DNA of 64,000 bases from a virus, in IMG/VR virus record IMGVR_UViG_3300046804_003518, positions 1 through 64,000 of that record; one strand, 5' to 3'. The first letter of the stretch is position 1. The number at the start of each line of letters is the position of its first letter. Shown one piece after another: positions 28,418 through 39,697 of this stretch. The notes beneath the pieces are model-generated. The model saw nothing but the letters and a program-made list of their open reading frames with translations, made no database searches and was not told the origin of the DNA. The position numbers and the translations under genes were made by a program.

Positions 28418-30469
28418 ATGTTAACCAAATTTAAAAGAAATGTTGTTGACTTATTCATAGATTCTGTTGCCAATACGCTGAGCTTAGATCTTTCTGGCAC
28501 AGTAACAGTCAACACCTCATCAGCCAATGTCACAGGTTCAGGTACTAATTTTACTGTAGACTTTACGGTAGATGATCGTTTGTTTATTGGTTCTGAGTCA
28601 AGACAAGTTATTTCTATTGTCAATAATACATTAATGACTGTGGCCTCGGCATATTCTGCCAATGCGACAGCAAACACATATAAAAAAGGTAGATTGAAAA
28701 ACGATAGTTATTACGTTTTTGCTGCAAGACAGTCACCGTTTGAAAATGAGGCTGTTGCAGCTAATACAATTGATGATAATTATGAATCTCATATCTTCAT
28801 CCATGATGAATTAATGTTTGGTATGAAGATTACAAACGAAGATGTGCTACCAATGGTTGCCAAAAAGCAATGGCAGGCCAACACAATCTATGCCATTTAT
28901 GATGATAAAGACCAAGATTTACCAGCAAAAACCTTTCATGTAATAACAGCAGAAAACAAAGTATATAAGTGTATTCACAATCACCTTGGTGGCATCTCAG
29001 AGGTTGAACCATCCCACACAGAGCTTGGCTATCCACCTGAAGAGTCAGATGGCTATAGATGGATGTATCTCTACACAATCAACAACATTGATTACCTAAC
29101 ATATGCCACAGAAAATTACATTCCTATCATTGAAAATGCTAACGTAAAAAATGCTGCAATTGATGGGTCCATATTTAACATTACTGTTGAGGCTAATGGA
29201 TCATCATATCCAGCTGACAGCGGTACTATTAAGACGGATCCAAATGGCAACAATTATATTATCCAAATCAGAACTGGTACATCTACCTCAAACGATTTCT
29301 TTGCTAACTGTGCAATTACAATTACAAACGACTCCACAAATTTAACATATGTGAAGGAAATTCGTGACTATGTTTCAAATGGAGTTGGTAACTTTGTTAT
29401 CTTGAAAATTCCATTTACAACTGGTCAAGTTTCAAACAACAACCCATATTCAATTGGCCCATATATTAAAATTGATTCTAAGACAGGATCAAATTGTATA
29501 GCCTCAGCAGTAATGCAAAATATTTCAAATACCAACTTTACTGGTAGTATTGAAATGGTGGATATTATTAATCCAGGTAAAAACTACAAACAAGCAAATG
29601 TCTCCGTACAGACATCAACTGGTTTTGGTAGTGGAGCTAGGGTTAGAGCCATTTTGTCACCACCTGGCGGCCATGGTTCTAATGTCAAGGATGAGTTGTA
29701 TTGTCAATCTGTTGGTATTGGTGTTGTATTCTCAAATACAGCAACATTTTCCTTTTCGTCGGATGTGGAATTTAGAACAGTTGGTATATTGAAAAACCCA
29801 CTTTCCGCTAACACAATTGATGGAACTGGAACAGTTGACCTAGTAGCTAATAGTTTGAGTGTTGCAGGAGTTGGAACTAAGTTTACAAACGAACTTAATA
29901 TTGGTGACCATATCATCTACTTAGATGAAGAAAAAGAAGTTGTTTCAATTGCCAATAACACTAGCCTGACACTCAAAACACCATTCTCATATACTGTTGT
30001 GGCAGAATCATTTGATATTAGAAAAAGATTCTTCAATTCCTTTTTCAACCAAACGGTCGATGTAGCTGCATCTAATACAACCCCTGCGTTGCTGCAACCT
30101 GGTGAGTATATATTGGGGTCTGATGGCGCCGGTGGCGGATCTCAGGTTCAAGCTAAAGTTGCATTTGCTAATACATCCAAGGTCATTTTAACAGGTCTTG
30201 ATAAGACGCAGGCACGCGGTAATAATAGTGTTGTAACTTTTGTTAATGATACAGTTATGGATGGTGTTGGTTATGTGGTAAATGGTGCTGATACGCCAAC
30301 AATACCTGCATCGGGAGCTAAATACTCTAAGACGGCAGGTAATACATATATTACGACGGTTCCAGATTTAAAATTGTATTCTGGCGAAGTTTTATATCTA
30401 CAAAACTTGCTACCAATACAAAGATCAAACACAACAAACGAACAAATTAGACTAGTAGTTAAGTTCTGA
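28418..30469 (+). CDS. 8: baseplate wedge subunit (gp8-like)
   Basis: WQANTIYAIYDD...VYKCIHN...DGYRWMYLYTI...ILSPPGGHGS motifs. Confidence 0.8.
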   Translation: MLTKFKRNVVDLFIDSVANTLSLDLSGTVTVNTSSANVTGSGTNFTVDFTVDDRLFIGSESRQVISIVNNTLMTVASAYSANATANTYKKGRLKNDSYYVFAARQSPFENEAVAANTIDDNYESHIFIHDELMFGMKITNEDVLPMVAKKQWQANTIYAIYDDKDQDLPAKTFHVITAENKVYKCIHNHLGGISEVEPSHTELGYPPEESDGYRWMYLYTINNIDYLTYATENYIPIIENANVKNAAIDGSIFNITVEANGSSYPADSGTIKTDPNGNNYIIQIRTGTSTSNDFFANCAITITNDSTNLTYVKEIRDYVSNGVGNFVILKIPFTTGQVSNNNPYSIGPYIKIDSKTGSNCIASAVMQNISNTNFTGSIEMVDIINPGKNYKQANVSVQTSTGFGSGARVRAILSPPGGHGSNVKDELYCQSVGIGVVFSNTATFSFSSDVEFRTVGILKNPLSANTIDGTGTVDLVANSLSVAGVGTKFTNELNIGDHIIYLDEEKEVVSIANNTSLTLKTPFSYTVVAESFDIRKRFFNSFFNQTVDVAASNTTPALLQPGEYILGSDGAGGGSQVQAKVAFANTSKVILTGLDKTQARGNNSVVTFVNDTVMDGVGYVVNGADTPTIPASGAKYSKTAGNTYITTVPDLKLYSGEVLYLQNLLPIQRSNTTNEQIRLVVKF

Positions 30470-30479
30470 GGTTCAAAGA

Positions 30480-33400
30480 ATGGCTCTTGATATCGCAAAC
30501 ACAGTATTGAATGCATCTCCATATTTTGATGATTATAGCGAAGATAAGAACTTTCATAGAGTTCTTTTCAGACCATCTGTTGCCGTCCAGGCTCGTGAAC
30601 TAAATCAGGTTCAGTCTATTCTCCAGAACCAGATTGAAAGATTTGGCCAGCATGTCTTCAAAGATGGTACAATTATTAAGGGTTGCGGCCTATCATACCT
30701 AGAAAGAATTGATTACGTTTCTGTTAATGATCAGTTTGATTCTAATACTTCTCTATCATCAACAAATACCCAGTTTGTCAATGCGATTGCAGTTGGCTCA
30801 AATTCGGGTGTAGTTGCCCAAATTATTTCTGCAAGAGAAGGCTTTAAGGCATCAACAAGCCCTGCTAGATTCTTTATTCAATATACCCAACCAGGTTTCA
30901 ACAACCAAAGAACTTTTGACCAGAATGAAACAATCAGTCTTTACCAGCCTGGCAAGTCTTATATTGATAAGGTTGTTGTACAAGTTAACACGGTAATTAC
31001 TGTCAACACAACAAACTTCCCAGTTGGTTCTAAATTAGTCAATAATGTCAATAAGGCACGTGGCTTCATTATTAATGCCTATGCCAATACGCTAGGTAAT
31101 TATGTTGAGATGAGAAATGTCAGAAAGACATTTGCACCTGGCGACACATTGGTTCTTTCTACAGATGCGGCTGTATCTGCTAATGTTATTAATGTAGATT
31201 ATGAAAGCTACGCTAACTCTCTAATTGATACAATTACAACATTATCGGATAATACTGAGTTAGGATACACATCTTTAGGTTTTGCTTATGGTGTTGCTGT
31301 ATCACCTGGTATTATCTTCCACAAGGGTCACTTTGTTAAAGTAGATTCACACACAACAATTATTAACGAGAATGCGGCTGACCCAAGTGGTAAAATTCTT
31401 TACTTTAAGACAGAAGAAACAGTAGTTAAAGAAACAGATGACTCATCTCTCTACGACAATGCTTCTGGCACAACAAACATCAATGCACCTGGTGCCCATA
31501 GATTAAAGCTAACCTCAACACTAATTGCAAGAAATAAAAATGGTGCCAATACCATTTCAAATACTGACATTGCATTCCCAATTGTTGAGTTTGGTAACAA
31601 TGGCCCTATCTTCCAAAAGACAAACACAGAATATAATATTATTGGTGACGAGCTCAATAAAAGAACATATGAAGAGTCAGGTCACTATGTTGTCAAGCCG
31701 TTTACAATTCTAACAAAGCCTCACGGTAGCGACCCAGATAAGTTTGTTTACGAAGTTGGTCAGGGTCTGTCTTATGTTAAGGGTAAGAGAATTGAATTCC
31801 TAAACAATCAAAACGTTGAAGGAAGAAAGGGAGTTGATACTATATCAGAATCTGAACAACCTATTACTATGGCTTATGGTAATTATGTTGTTGTAGATGA
31901 CTTGAGAGGTTACTTCCCAATCAACCAAGATGTTGAAGTAAGATTCTACAATGCAGCTCAGGATGCTGTATCAGGTGAAAGACTACCAGTAGCTAACACA
32001 GCTACAGGCACAATTGTTGGCTACGCAAACATTAGGGCAATCACCTACATTGATTCAAACTCAGCCAAAAAGGGCTCACATCTAGCTCAGTATAGACTAT
32101 ACATCTTCAACTATAGACCAGTTGGCACCTACACATTCCAAGATGCAAGATCAGTTGTCTATAATAATGGTGTAAATGATTTAGCATTTGCCGACCTCGT
32201 ATTAACAGGGGGCGTGCCAATTCTTGAAGAAAGTTCAGCCACTCCTCTATTGTTTAGCGTTAACGCTAAGGCTCTAAAGAACCTAAGAAACAGCAATAAT
32301 GTTCTTGATACTAATTATTACTATACTGCAGCCAACACGACAGCTCAACTTCAGTCAACAGGTATCCTAACATTTGGTATTGGTGCATTGAAGGGTATTC
32401 TTGGATTCACCGGTAGCTCAAATGCCGATGAATTAAAGGTTGATATTCATGTTGTTGATGCCAATGCTCAATGTGCTGCAGCCCTAGTTGGCACAACAGC
32501 TGCTTCTGCCACAAACGTAATTACTGGTACAGGCACTCTATTTACTGAAGACTTTATTCCTGGTGAATGCATTAGATTCACAGGTCTACCTTCAGCCAAT
32601 ACACATAGAATTGTATCAATCACTAATGCCACATCAATGGTAATTAATACTGCTGTAACAGTTACTGCAAACACATATACAAGAGTACACCTCAGAGGTT
32701 CTGTAATTGCGCTGAACCCAGCTGCTGGCACCAAGAGAACAATGGTTGTCAACCCAGGTACTGAGACAGCCACAATTAACCTAGGTAATTCATATACTGG
32801 CACAACAAATGTCGTTGTTAGATTCCAGGCTTTAAATAATGAAGCCAATACAATCAGTAAACAAATTAATAGAAACAGTGTTGTAATTATTAACACTGCA
32901 AACAATGTTGCAGGAACAACAGGCCCATGGTTACTTGGTGTACCAGATGTGCTAAAGTTGAATGGTGTCTTTATTGGTTCTAACTCTTCAAACTTTGTTA
33001 CAGCAAATAGAGTTAGTGACTTTGTTCTTGATAATGGTCAAAGAGACACCCACTACGATCATGCCAAGATTTCATTGGCACCAAAAACATCATTTGGGTC
33101 ATTACCAAGTGGTACCCATCTACTTGTACAGTTTGATTGCTTTACAGCAAACGTATCAGGTGGTGAAGGATTCTTCTCTGTTGAGTCATATCAAGCAAAT
33201 GATACACCTAATGCCAATACCCAAACGGCACTAAGAACATATGAGATTCCAACATACACAACAACAGTAGCTAACACAACTGTTACATATGACTTGAGAG
33301 ATGTTATTGATTTTAGACCTTATAAGGCCAACACAGCTAATATTACAACATCATTCACTTCTGCTACAATTAATCCACCAGCCACAAATACATTTAACTC

Positions 33401-36308
33401 TAATACAACAGTATATAATCCATATCCTGGTTCATCATTAACAACAAACTTTACTTATTATCTTGGAAGAAAGGATAGATTAGTACTTACACCAGAAGGT
33501 GCATTTAAGGTAGAAGAGGGTCTACCAGGATTAAATCCAAGACTATCGCCAATGCTACCAGAAGTGTTAAATGTAGCAGAAGTAACAGTCCCTGCATATC
33601 CTTCACTATCTGATACAGAAAAATCAAATATCAGTAGAAGAGACAATTTCATTCAGATTGATATTCTAACAAATAAGCGCTTCACAATGCGTGACATTTC
33701 TGTTCTTGAAAAGAGAATTGAAAGATTAGAATACTACACAACTCTAAACATGCTTGAGAGCATTGCTCTCTCAACAATGATTGCTGATCAAAATGGCGAT
33801 CAAAGATTCCAGAATGGTTTCTTTGTTGATCCTTTCAATAGCCATGCATTTGGTAGAACAGAAGATCCTGGTTATAGAATTGCTATTGATGAGCAAAAGG
33901 GTCTACTAAGACCACTATTTGAGCCACAAGTTATTGAAATGGAATTTGATACAAATGCAGGTTCATATAGCAATGTCCAAGTAACTGGCAACATGGTTAC
34001 ACTTGCATATACACATGAAGTGTATATTGATCAGCCATATGCATCAGATCCAGTAAATGTTTCTGGCACACCAATTGCCTGGAAAGGAACAATTGATGTT
34101 AGACCAACTGTAAGAAATGATGTTGAATTCCTAGCAAGAGCTGCCTCAGTTGGTAGCACATCTAAGATTGCCCAGGCTTATGAAAATATGTCTACTGTTA
34201 CACCAGGCATCACGCAGTATGGTTGGTGGAGAGAGGGAATTCAGAATAATGATGACTATAATGTTAAGTCCAATGCAAATGATGCAAGAAATGCAACATC
34301 AATTGCAATTGAAACAAACAAGTCAATAACAACTCAGAGTGGCGAAAAGGTACAGACAGGTATTGTGTACCTATCAAAGGAAAGAGTTTATGCCTTCAAG
34401 GCAGTAGGCCTAAAGCCAAATACAATTCATTACCTATTCATTAATGATAACAACAACTCACAGTATGCAGCCCTAGGTGAACTAAGTTCAACACCAAATG
34501 CAGGTGACGAAACATTTGTTACTAGATCATCTCCATGGGGTACAGTTCTAGAAACAGACTCACGTGGTGAAATTATTGGTAAGTTTATTGTACCAGCCCT
34601 AGCATTAAAGTCAGGTACCCATAAGCTAACTCTAAGAAATAGAAATACATTAAACCGTGGTATTGATGAATCATTTGCTGATGCCTACTTTACAATTGAT
34701 ATCACTCTACAACAACCACCTATAGTTATTCAGCCAAACCCTCCAGGGCCACCAGACGCCAATACACCTGCAAATACTACATTACCTCCACCAGCTAATT
34801 CAACTACAAACACAGTTGTTACGCTGCCTGAGGCATTTGCAAGATTTACATATACTGGCGAAACTACAGTCACAGCTCAGCAAAATGCTAATGGGTACAT
34901 TGCAAATGGTACATTTACATTAACATTTACAGATGACAGCTTTGTTAAGAATGGAAGTATCACTGCTTATGAATGGAATTTCAATACTGGAGATTTCCCA
35001 GAAATTGGAATTCTAAATGTCAATACGACTGTAACTGGCGTTGGCCCACACACTGTAACATTTAGTACAGATAAGGCTGTTCAGGATGTTCTTGTCACAT
35101 TGACAATTACAGACTCTGCAGGCGAGAAGAAGAGAAATAGCCAACCAATTAGACTAACTAAGTTGGTCAAACCACCTATTGTTGTTCCTCCACCAGCAAC
35201 ACCTCCAACCGTACCAAACGTTGAGTTGACATTTGTCACATCAGAAGTCAACCAGGTGTCTGATCCATACATCTATAATTCCTGGAACGTGTTTGAGTTT
35301 AGAGACAGCTTCCACCGTGGGTTCAACACACCATATCTCAACCTAACATATGATACAGGAACATCTTTAGGTACTAACACCGTAGTCAAGGTTATTGCTA
35401 AGCCATCAGTTGACTATCAAGGCTATATTGGTTGGACTGTGACACCAGTATCTGCAACCTCACTAAGAACCTTTACCCAAGCAAACCTAACTCAAGTTTA
35501 TGTTGAGGCAGGTGGCTCAGGATATTCTAACAACGACACAATTAGATTCTCTAATGGTCAAGTTGATGCCTATGCAACAGTTATCACAGACGTGTATGGT
35601 TCAATTCGTTATGTTGAACTTGACACAATGGGTAACTTCTCTAACGGTGCTCCTGTAACCCAGCAAACATTTACAGCCAATAGCACTGTTTACAATAACT
35701 TCCCACTATCTGTATCAAGTACAAACACAAGCATTCTTGTTACAGTTAATGGCCTTGTCCAATCTCCAGGTGTCGATTACCAAGTAACTGGCGGTGGCTC
35801 AACTCTAAACTTTACAACCAACTTAAATTATCTTGTAAGTCCAGATATTGCAGTCGTATCGTATGATGTAACTGGTGTAACACCTGGTACTGGATTTAAG
35901 ACGCCTCAGCAAATTAAAGTACAGATTGCCAACACAACAGCTCCAGCAAATAGCACAAATGGTAACACATCAGGTGGTAGTGGTGCAGTATTGACGTTGG
36001 TACCTGGTGTCGTCTTCAATTCAACTCCAACAAATTCACCAAGATGTGCAAACGATTCGATTACTCTATACTCTAACACAGGACCAGATAGTGAAACAAT
36101 TGTACTTGTTAAGGCTGACTTCTATCTATCCAATGGTTATGCAAACTCAATTGGTAATACATCCCAGCACTTTACATTGAAGACAACATCAGCTGTTCCA
36201 ATTAATATTCCACCAATTAACGTTGGTAACTGGGGTGGCATAGGATTACCTGGAACTGGCGGTGGTTGGGTGAATGATGATTATATGAAGTACACAAAAG
36301 TAAAATAA
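30480..36308 (+). CDS. large virion structural protein (DUF4815/VrlC-like)
   Basis: SPYFDDYSEDKNFHRVLFRPSVAVQARELNQVQSILQNQI; APGAHRLK; IERLEYYT; FQNGFFVDPF. Confidence 0.8.
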   Translation: MALDIANTVLNASPYFDDYSEDKNFHRVLFRPSVAVQARELNQVQSILQNQIERFGQHVFKDGTIIKGCGLSYLERIDYVSVNDQFDSNTSLSSTNTQFVNAIAVGSNSGVVAQIISAREGFKASTSPARFFIQYTQPGFNNQRTFDQNETISLYQPGKSYIDKVVVQVNTVITVNTTNFPVGSKLVNNVNKARGFIINAYANTLGNYVEMRNVRKTFAPGDTLVLSTDAAVSANVINVDYESYANSLIDTITTLSDNTELGYTSLGFAYGVAVSPGIIFHKGHFVKVDSHTTIINENAADPSGKILYFKTEETVVKETDDSSLYDNASGTTNINAPGAHRLKLTSTLIARNKNGANTISNTDIAFPIVEFGNNGPIFQKTNTEYNIIGDELNKRTYEESGHYVVKPFTILTKPHGSDPDKFVYEVGQGLSYVKGKRIEFLNNQNVEGRKGVDTISESEQPITMAYGNYVVVDDLRGYFPINQDVEVRFYNAAQDAVSGERLPVANTATGTIVGYANIRAITYIDSNSAKKGSHLAQYRLYIFNYRPVGTYTFQDARSVVYNNGVNDLAFADLVLTGGVPILEESSATPLLFSVNAKALKNLRNSNNVLDTNYYYTAANTTAQLQSTGILTFGIGALKGILGFTGSSNADELKVDIHVVDANAQCAAALVGTTAASATNVITGTGTLFTEDFIPGECIRFTGLPSANTHRIVSITNATSMVINTAVTVTANTYTRVHLRGSVIALNPAAGTKRTMVVNPGTETATINLGNSYTGTTNVVVRFQALNNEANTISKQINRNSVVIINTANNVAGTTGPWLLGVPDVLKLNGVFIGSNSSNFVTANRVSDFVLDNGQRDTHYDHAKISLAPKTSFGSLPSGTHLLVQFDCFTANVSGGEGFFSVESYQANDTPNANTQTALRTYEIPTYTTTVANTTVTYDLRDVIDFRPYKANTANITTSFTSATINPPATNTFNSNTTVYNPYPGSSLTTNFTYYLGRKDRLVLTPEGAFKVEEGLPGLNPRLSPMLPEVLNVAEVTVPAYPSLSDTEKSNISRRDNFIQIDILTNKRFTMRDISVLEKRIERLEYYTTLNMLESIALSTMIADQNGDQRFQNGFFVDPFNSHAFGRTEDPGYRIAIDEQKGLLRPLFEPQVIEMEFDTNAGSYSNVQVTGNMVTLAYTHEVYIDQPYASDPVNVSGTPIAWKGTIDVRPTVRNDVEFLARAASVGSTSKIAQAYENMSTVTPGITQYGWWREGIQNNDDYNVKSNANDARNATSIAIETNKSITTQSGEKVQTGIVYLSKERVYAFKAVGLKPNTIHYLFINDNNNSQYAALGELSSTPNAGDETFVTRSSPWGTVLETDSRGEIIGKFIVPALALKSGTHKLTLRNRNTLNRGIDESFADAYFTIDITLQQPPIVIQPNPPGPPDANTPANTTLPPPANSTTNTVVTLPEAFARFTYTGETTVTAQQNANGYIANGTFTLTFTDDSFVKNGSITAYEWNFNTGDFPEIGILNVNTTVTGVGPHTVTFSTDKAVQDVLVTLTITDSAGEKKRNSQPIRLTKLVKPPIVVPPPATPPTVPNVELTFVTSEVNQVSDPYIYNSWNVFEFRDSFHRGFNTPYLNLTYDTGTSLGTNTVVKVIAKPSVDYQGYIGWTVTPVSATSLRTFTQANLTQVYVEAGGSGYSNNDTIRFSNGQVDAYATVITDVYGSIRYVELDTMGNFSNGAPVTQQTFTANSTVYNNFPLSVSSTNTSILVTVNGLVQSPGVDYQVTGGGSTLNFTTNLNYLVSPDIAVVSYDVTGVTPGTGFKTPQQIKVQIANTTAPANSTNGNTSGGSGAVLTLVPGVVFNSTPTNSPRCANDSITLYSNTGPDSETIVLVKADFYLSNGYANSIGNTSQHFTLKTTSAVPINIPPINVGNWGGIGLPGTGGGWVNDDYMKYTKVK

Positions 36309-36321
36309 TTGAGGAACAGCA

Positions 36322-38031
36322 ATGACTGACGCAGTAAAGTATACAAGCCTTTCACAAACATTTAGAGTAACAGCTCCTCCTGGAGTTCCAGGTGTATATG
36401 TTTCTAAGCTTGGATTATTCTTTAGAAAGAAGTCTGATTCATTGGGTGTGCAAGCATTTTTAATGCAGGTTACTAACAACTTACCTGACCCTGATAAGGT
36501 TATTCCTAACTCACTGGTTACAGTTGATGTTGAAGATGTTGCAACATCAACAGATGGATCTTCTGAAACACAGTTTGTGTTTCCACAACTTGTTTATCTA
36601 AATGCTGGCGAGACATATGCATTTGGTATTAAGTCTATTGGTAGTTCTCCTGACTATGAAGTTTGGGTTGGCGAACTAGGCCAGAGAGACCTAGCTACAG
36701 ATAAACCAATTGGTTCAAACCCAGTTGTTGAGACTGCATACTTTGCTGGTAACAAACAGAAGTATGCTGACCTAATTAACCAAGATATTAAATTTAATCT
36801 TTATAGAGCTAAGTTTACTGCTACAAGTGGCACTGCGGCACTAAGAAATAATAATACAGAAATTATCTCATTCTATAATCTATCAAGCGTATCTGGGGCT
36901 GTAGACATTAGAGCTGGTGACCACGTTTATGCATGGTCTAATTCTTATGTTAATACAGCTGCCAATGCAGTTGTAACCAAACTAGATATGGTTAATAGCT
37001 TACTATATGTTAAGAACTCATCTGGTAACTTCACTTCCAATACAGATATTGTGTTTGTAAGAACAGGTGAAGAAGGTGATCCTACATCCAATAATTCAGG
37101 CATGCTTGGTATAGCGAGAATTGATAGCACTGCAAATAATGGTATTACAAAGTTTGCATATCATGGGATTGTTCCAAAGCTAGCCATTAATAAAATTCCA
37201 TTTACAGGCATCACATTAAGATATAAGGGTGCAAAATATAATGGTACAAAATACGTACAAGATGATGAAAAATTAATTGATAATAACATTGAATTAGAAT
37301 TTAGAGATAGAACAAGATATTGGTTGGGTGAAACAGACGAAAGAAATGCTGGTAATGAGTTTAGAACTGGTGTTACCCCATCTGGTAAGCCATGCACAAA
37401 CTCATCAATTATTATTGAAGCTTCAATGAATTCAGATAATGATTTTATTTCACCAGCGATTGATTTAACTCGTAACAATGTTATCCTGTTGCGTAACATT
37501 ATTAATGCAAATACAACTGACGAACATACTGTTAGTGGTGGCGCCGCCTCAAGATATATTTCTAAAATCATTACTCTTGAAGATGAGCAAGAAGCAGAAG
37601 ATCTTAGAATCTTTATTACTGCTAATAAGCCAGCCAACACAGAAATCCATGTTTACAGTAAAATATGGAGTGACTCTGACCCAGAACCATTTGATTCAAA
37701 GGTTTGGTCAAAGATGACATATGAAAATCCAGCAACTGTTAGAAATACAAATGCTCCAGATGAATTCTTAGAATATGTGTATTCATTTGCAAATTCAGCT
37801 ACACTAGCTGGCAATGCCCTAGCAGCATTCCAAGCCAACAACACAGTTCCTGTCTCTTATCTTGGCGCCAACTCAACTGGTGGTGTGACAGGTGGCCCTT
37901 CATATGGTGGTAGTGGATATAATAAGGTAATTAAGAAGTTTGCTGTTAAGTTAGTATTAACTTCTGACACAGGTCTTGAGTACATTTATCCTACAGTTAA
38001 CGATTTAAGAGTAATTGCTCTACAGATGTAA
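36322..38031 (+). CDS. virion structural protein (resembles the C-terminal part of DUF4815-type proteins)
   Basis: SLSQTFRV...GVYVSKLGLFFRKK; QDIKFNLYRAKF; own GAGGA SD. Confidence 0.7.
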   Translation: MTDAVKYTSLSQTFRVTAPPGVPGVYVSKLGLFFRKKSDSLGVQAFLMQVTNNLPDPDKVIPNSLVTVDVEDVATSTDGSSETQFVFPQLVYLNAGETYAFGIKSIGSSPDYEVWVGELGQRDLATDKPIGSNPVVETAYFAGNKQKYADLINQDIKFNLYRAKFTATSGTAALRNNNTEIISFYNLSSVSGAVDIRAGDHVYAWSNSYVNTAANAVVTKLDMVNSLLYVKNSSGNFTSNTDIVFVRTGEEGDPTSNNSGMLGIARIDSTANNGITKFAYHGIVPKLAINKIPFTGITLRYKGAKYNGTKYVQDDEKLIDNNIELEFRDRTRYWLGETDERNAGNEFRTGVTPSGKPCTNSSIIIEASMNSDNDFISPAIDLTRNNVILLRNIINANTTDEHTVSGGAASRYISKIITLEDEQEAEDLRIFITANKPANTEIHVYSKIWSDSDPEPFDSKVWSKMTYENPATVRNTNAPDEFLEYVYSFANSATLAGNALAAFQANNTVPVSYLGANSTGGVTGGPSYGGSGYNKVIKKFAVKLVLTSDTGLEYIYPTVNDLRVIALQM

Positions 38032-38032
38032 T

Positions 38033-38242
38033 ATGGAAAGAGATGTAATTTATAGAGTACAGGATAATCCTGACTACATAAGAGATATAGAAACAAATGC
38101 GGTGTTAAATACTAATACCGCTAAGTTAAGAGAATATAAACTTAGAAAGAAACAGAATAGAAAAATACAGGATTTACAAGATGAAGTTGCAGAATTAAAA
38201 CAACTTCTTAAAGCAGTCCTTGAGGAAAGAAAATGTCAGTAA
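38033..38242 (+). CDS. small coiled-coil conserved phage protein
   Basis: YIRDIETNAVLNTN followed by a heptad tail; start MERD at 38033. Confidence 0.7.
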   Translation: MERDVIYRVQDNPDYIRDIETNAVLNTNTAKLREYKLRKKQNRKIQDLQDEVAELKQLLKAVLEERKCQ

Positions 38243-39354
38243 CAATTAATTCAATTGATGCAAATTCAGATACATTTGCAAGTTGGGTTGCCATCACAAA
38301 TCAGATGGCACAAACTATTAGTAATTCTGTTGTTACAGCAAACACTTCAGAAGGTGTTACTGGCAACTCTACAGTCAATTTTAACTCCAAGTTGTGGGGT
38401 AAGTTTGCAGCCAACACTATTCTAGTTGGCAATACAATTACATCCAACGTCACAGGCGCTAATGTAGCCATTGAAGCTAATCTAGAACTTAAATCGGCAT
38501 TTAAACTATACACAGTTGGCGACTTGAGTGTCAAGGGTAATATTATTATCGACACAACAGCCAAACTAAGATTTGGTGATAGATCATCAACATATTCAGG
38601 AACAACTGGTTGGCTCAGAGCCAACTCTACTGGCTACGCTGCATTTGCAAACCTAGAGGTAAAGGGCACAGACTTAGATCCAGATGAGTTTGTACTAACA
38701 TCAAACATTGGTTATGCAAACTCAACAAATTCTACATACGATGTTATCTGCTATGATACATCAGCAAGCAAGTGGCTAAGAACAAGATTAACTCACTTAC
38801 TTTCACAAGAAATTGATGCATTAAAGTTGGGCACAGTTACAGCTAATGCAACAGCGGGCGAAGTAAGAGTAAATGCTAATACAAACTTTGGTGGTTCAAC
38901 ATCATCGCTTTTTGTTTCTAATACAGTAGCAAGAATTGGTGTTGGTGGTATTACAAGTCCACAGGCTCCACTTCATGTCCAGGGTGCTGTTTACGCAACT
39001 GGTGATATTACAGCATTTTACACATCAGATGCAAACCTAAAGAAAAACGTAACTCCAATTGCTAATGCATTGGAAAAGGTTCGTTGGTTAAAGGGTGTCC
39101 ATTTTGAATGGGACAAAGATAAGATTGCTGGCCTAGAGCATGTTGGTCCAAAACCAGATAAAGATATTGGTTTAATTGCCCAAGATGTTGAAAAAGTATT
39201 TCCTCAAGCAGTTACAGAAAGAAGCGATGGTTATAAGGCAGTAGATTATACCAAGCTGGTTCCTGTATTAATTGAGGCTGTGAAGGAGCTCAGCTATAGA
39301 ATTAATATTCTAGAAGCTGAGATGGAAGAAAAATACCGTAGCAGTAGTAGATAA
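38233..39354 (+). CDS. tail fibre with C-terminal peptidase S74 intramolecular chaperone
   Basis: TSDANLKKNV...GLIAQDVEKVFPQAV...VDYTKLVPVLIEAVKELS. Confidence 0.85.
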   Translation: MSVTINSIDANSDTFASWVAITNQMAQTISNSVVTANTSEGVTGNSTVNFNSKLWGKFAANTILVGNTITSNVTGANVAIEANLELKSAFKLYTVGDLSVKGNIIIDTTAKLRFGDRSSTYSGTTGWLRANSTGYAAFANLEVKGTDLDPDEFVLTSNIGYANSTNSTYDVICYDTSASKWLRTRLTHLLSQEIDALKLGTVTANATAGEVRVNANTNFGGSTSSLFVSNTVARIGVGGITSPQAPLHVQGAVYATGDITAFYTSDANLKKNVTPIANALEKVRWLKGVHFEWDKDKIAGLEHVGPKPDKDIGLIAQDVEKVFPQAVTERSDGYKAVDYTKLVPVLIEAVKELSYRINILEAEMEEKYRSSSR

Positions 39355-39355
39355 G

Positions 39356-39682
39356 ATGGCAACAAAAGTTAACTTGGTTGTAGATCAAGGCGCAACATTC
39401 CAAACATCCGTTACCTTCAATGATGAAAATGGTAACACGATTAACTTTTCTACGTATTCCGGCGTTGCCCAAATGCGTAAGCATTATACATCTTCAAATT
39501 CTACATCTTTTTCTGTTAATATGACATCTAATGGTGTAATTACACTAGGGTTAACAGCCAATCAAACTGCAAATTTAACTGCTGGACGTTATGTTTATGA
39601 TCTCGAGGTCACTGATGCATCTAATCAAATCTCAAGATTGATTGAGGGTATAGTGACCGTAACTCCAAACGTAACAAGATAA
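39356..39682 (+). CDS. small virion structural protein
   Basis: NLVVDQGATF...AQMRKHY...GRYVYDLEV...RLIEGIVTVTPNVT. Confidence 0.7.
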   Translation: MATKVNLVVDQGATFQTSVTFNDENGNTINFSTYSGVAQMRKHYTSSNSTSFSVNMTSNGVITLGLTANQTANLTAGRYVYDLEVTDASNQISRLIEGIVTVTPNVTR

Positions 39683-39685
39683 TTT

Positions 39686-39693
39686 TATAAATA
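39686..39693 (+). promoter_or_regulatory. T4-type late promoter
   Basis: TATAAATA 4 nt before the ATG at 39698. Confidence 0.7.
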
Positions 39694-39697
39694 ACTT

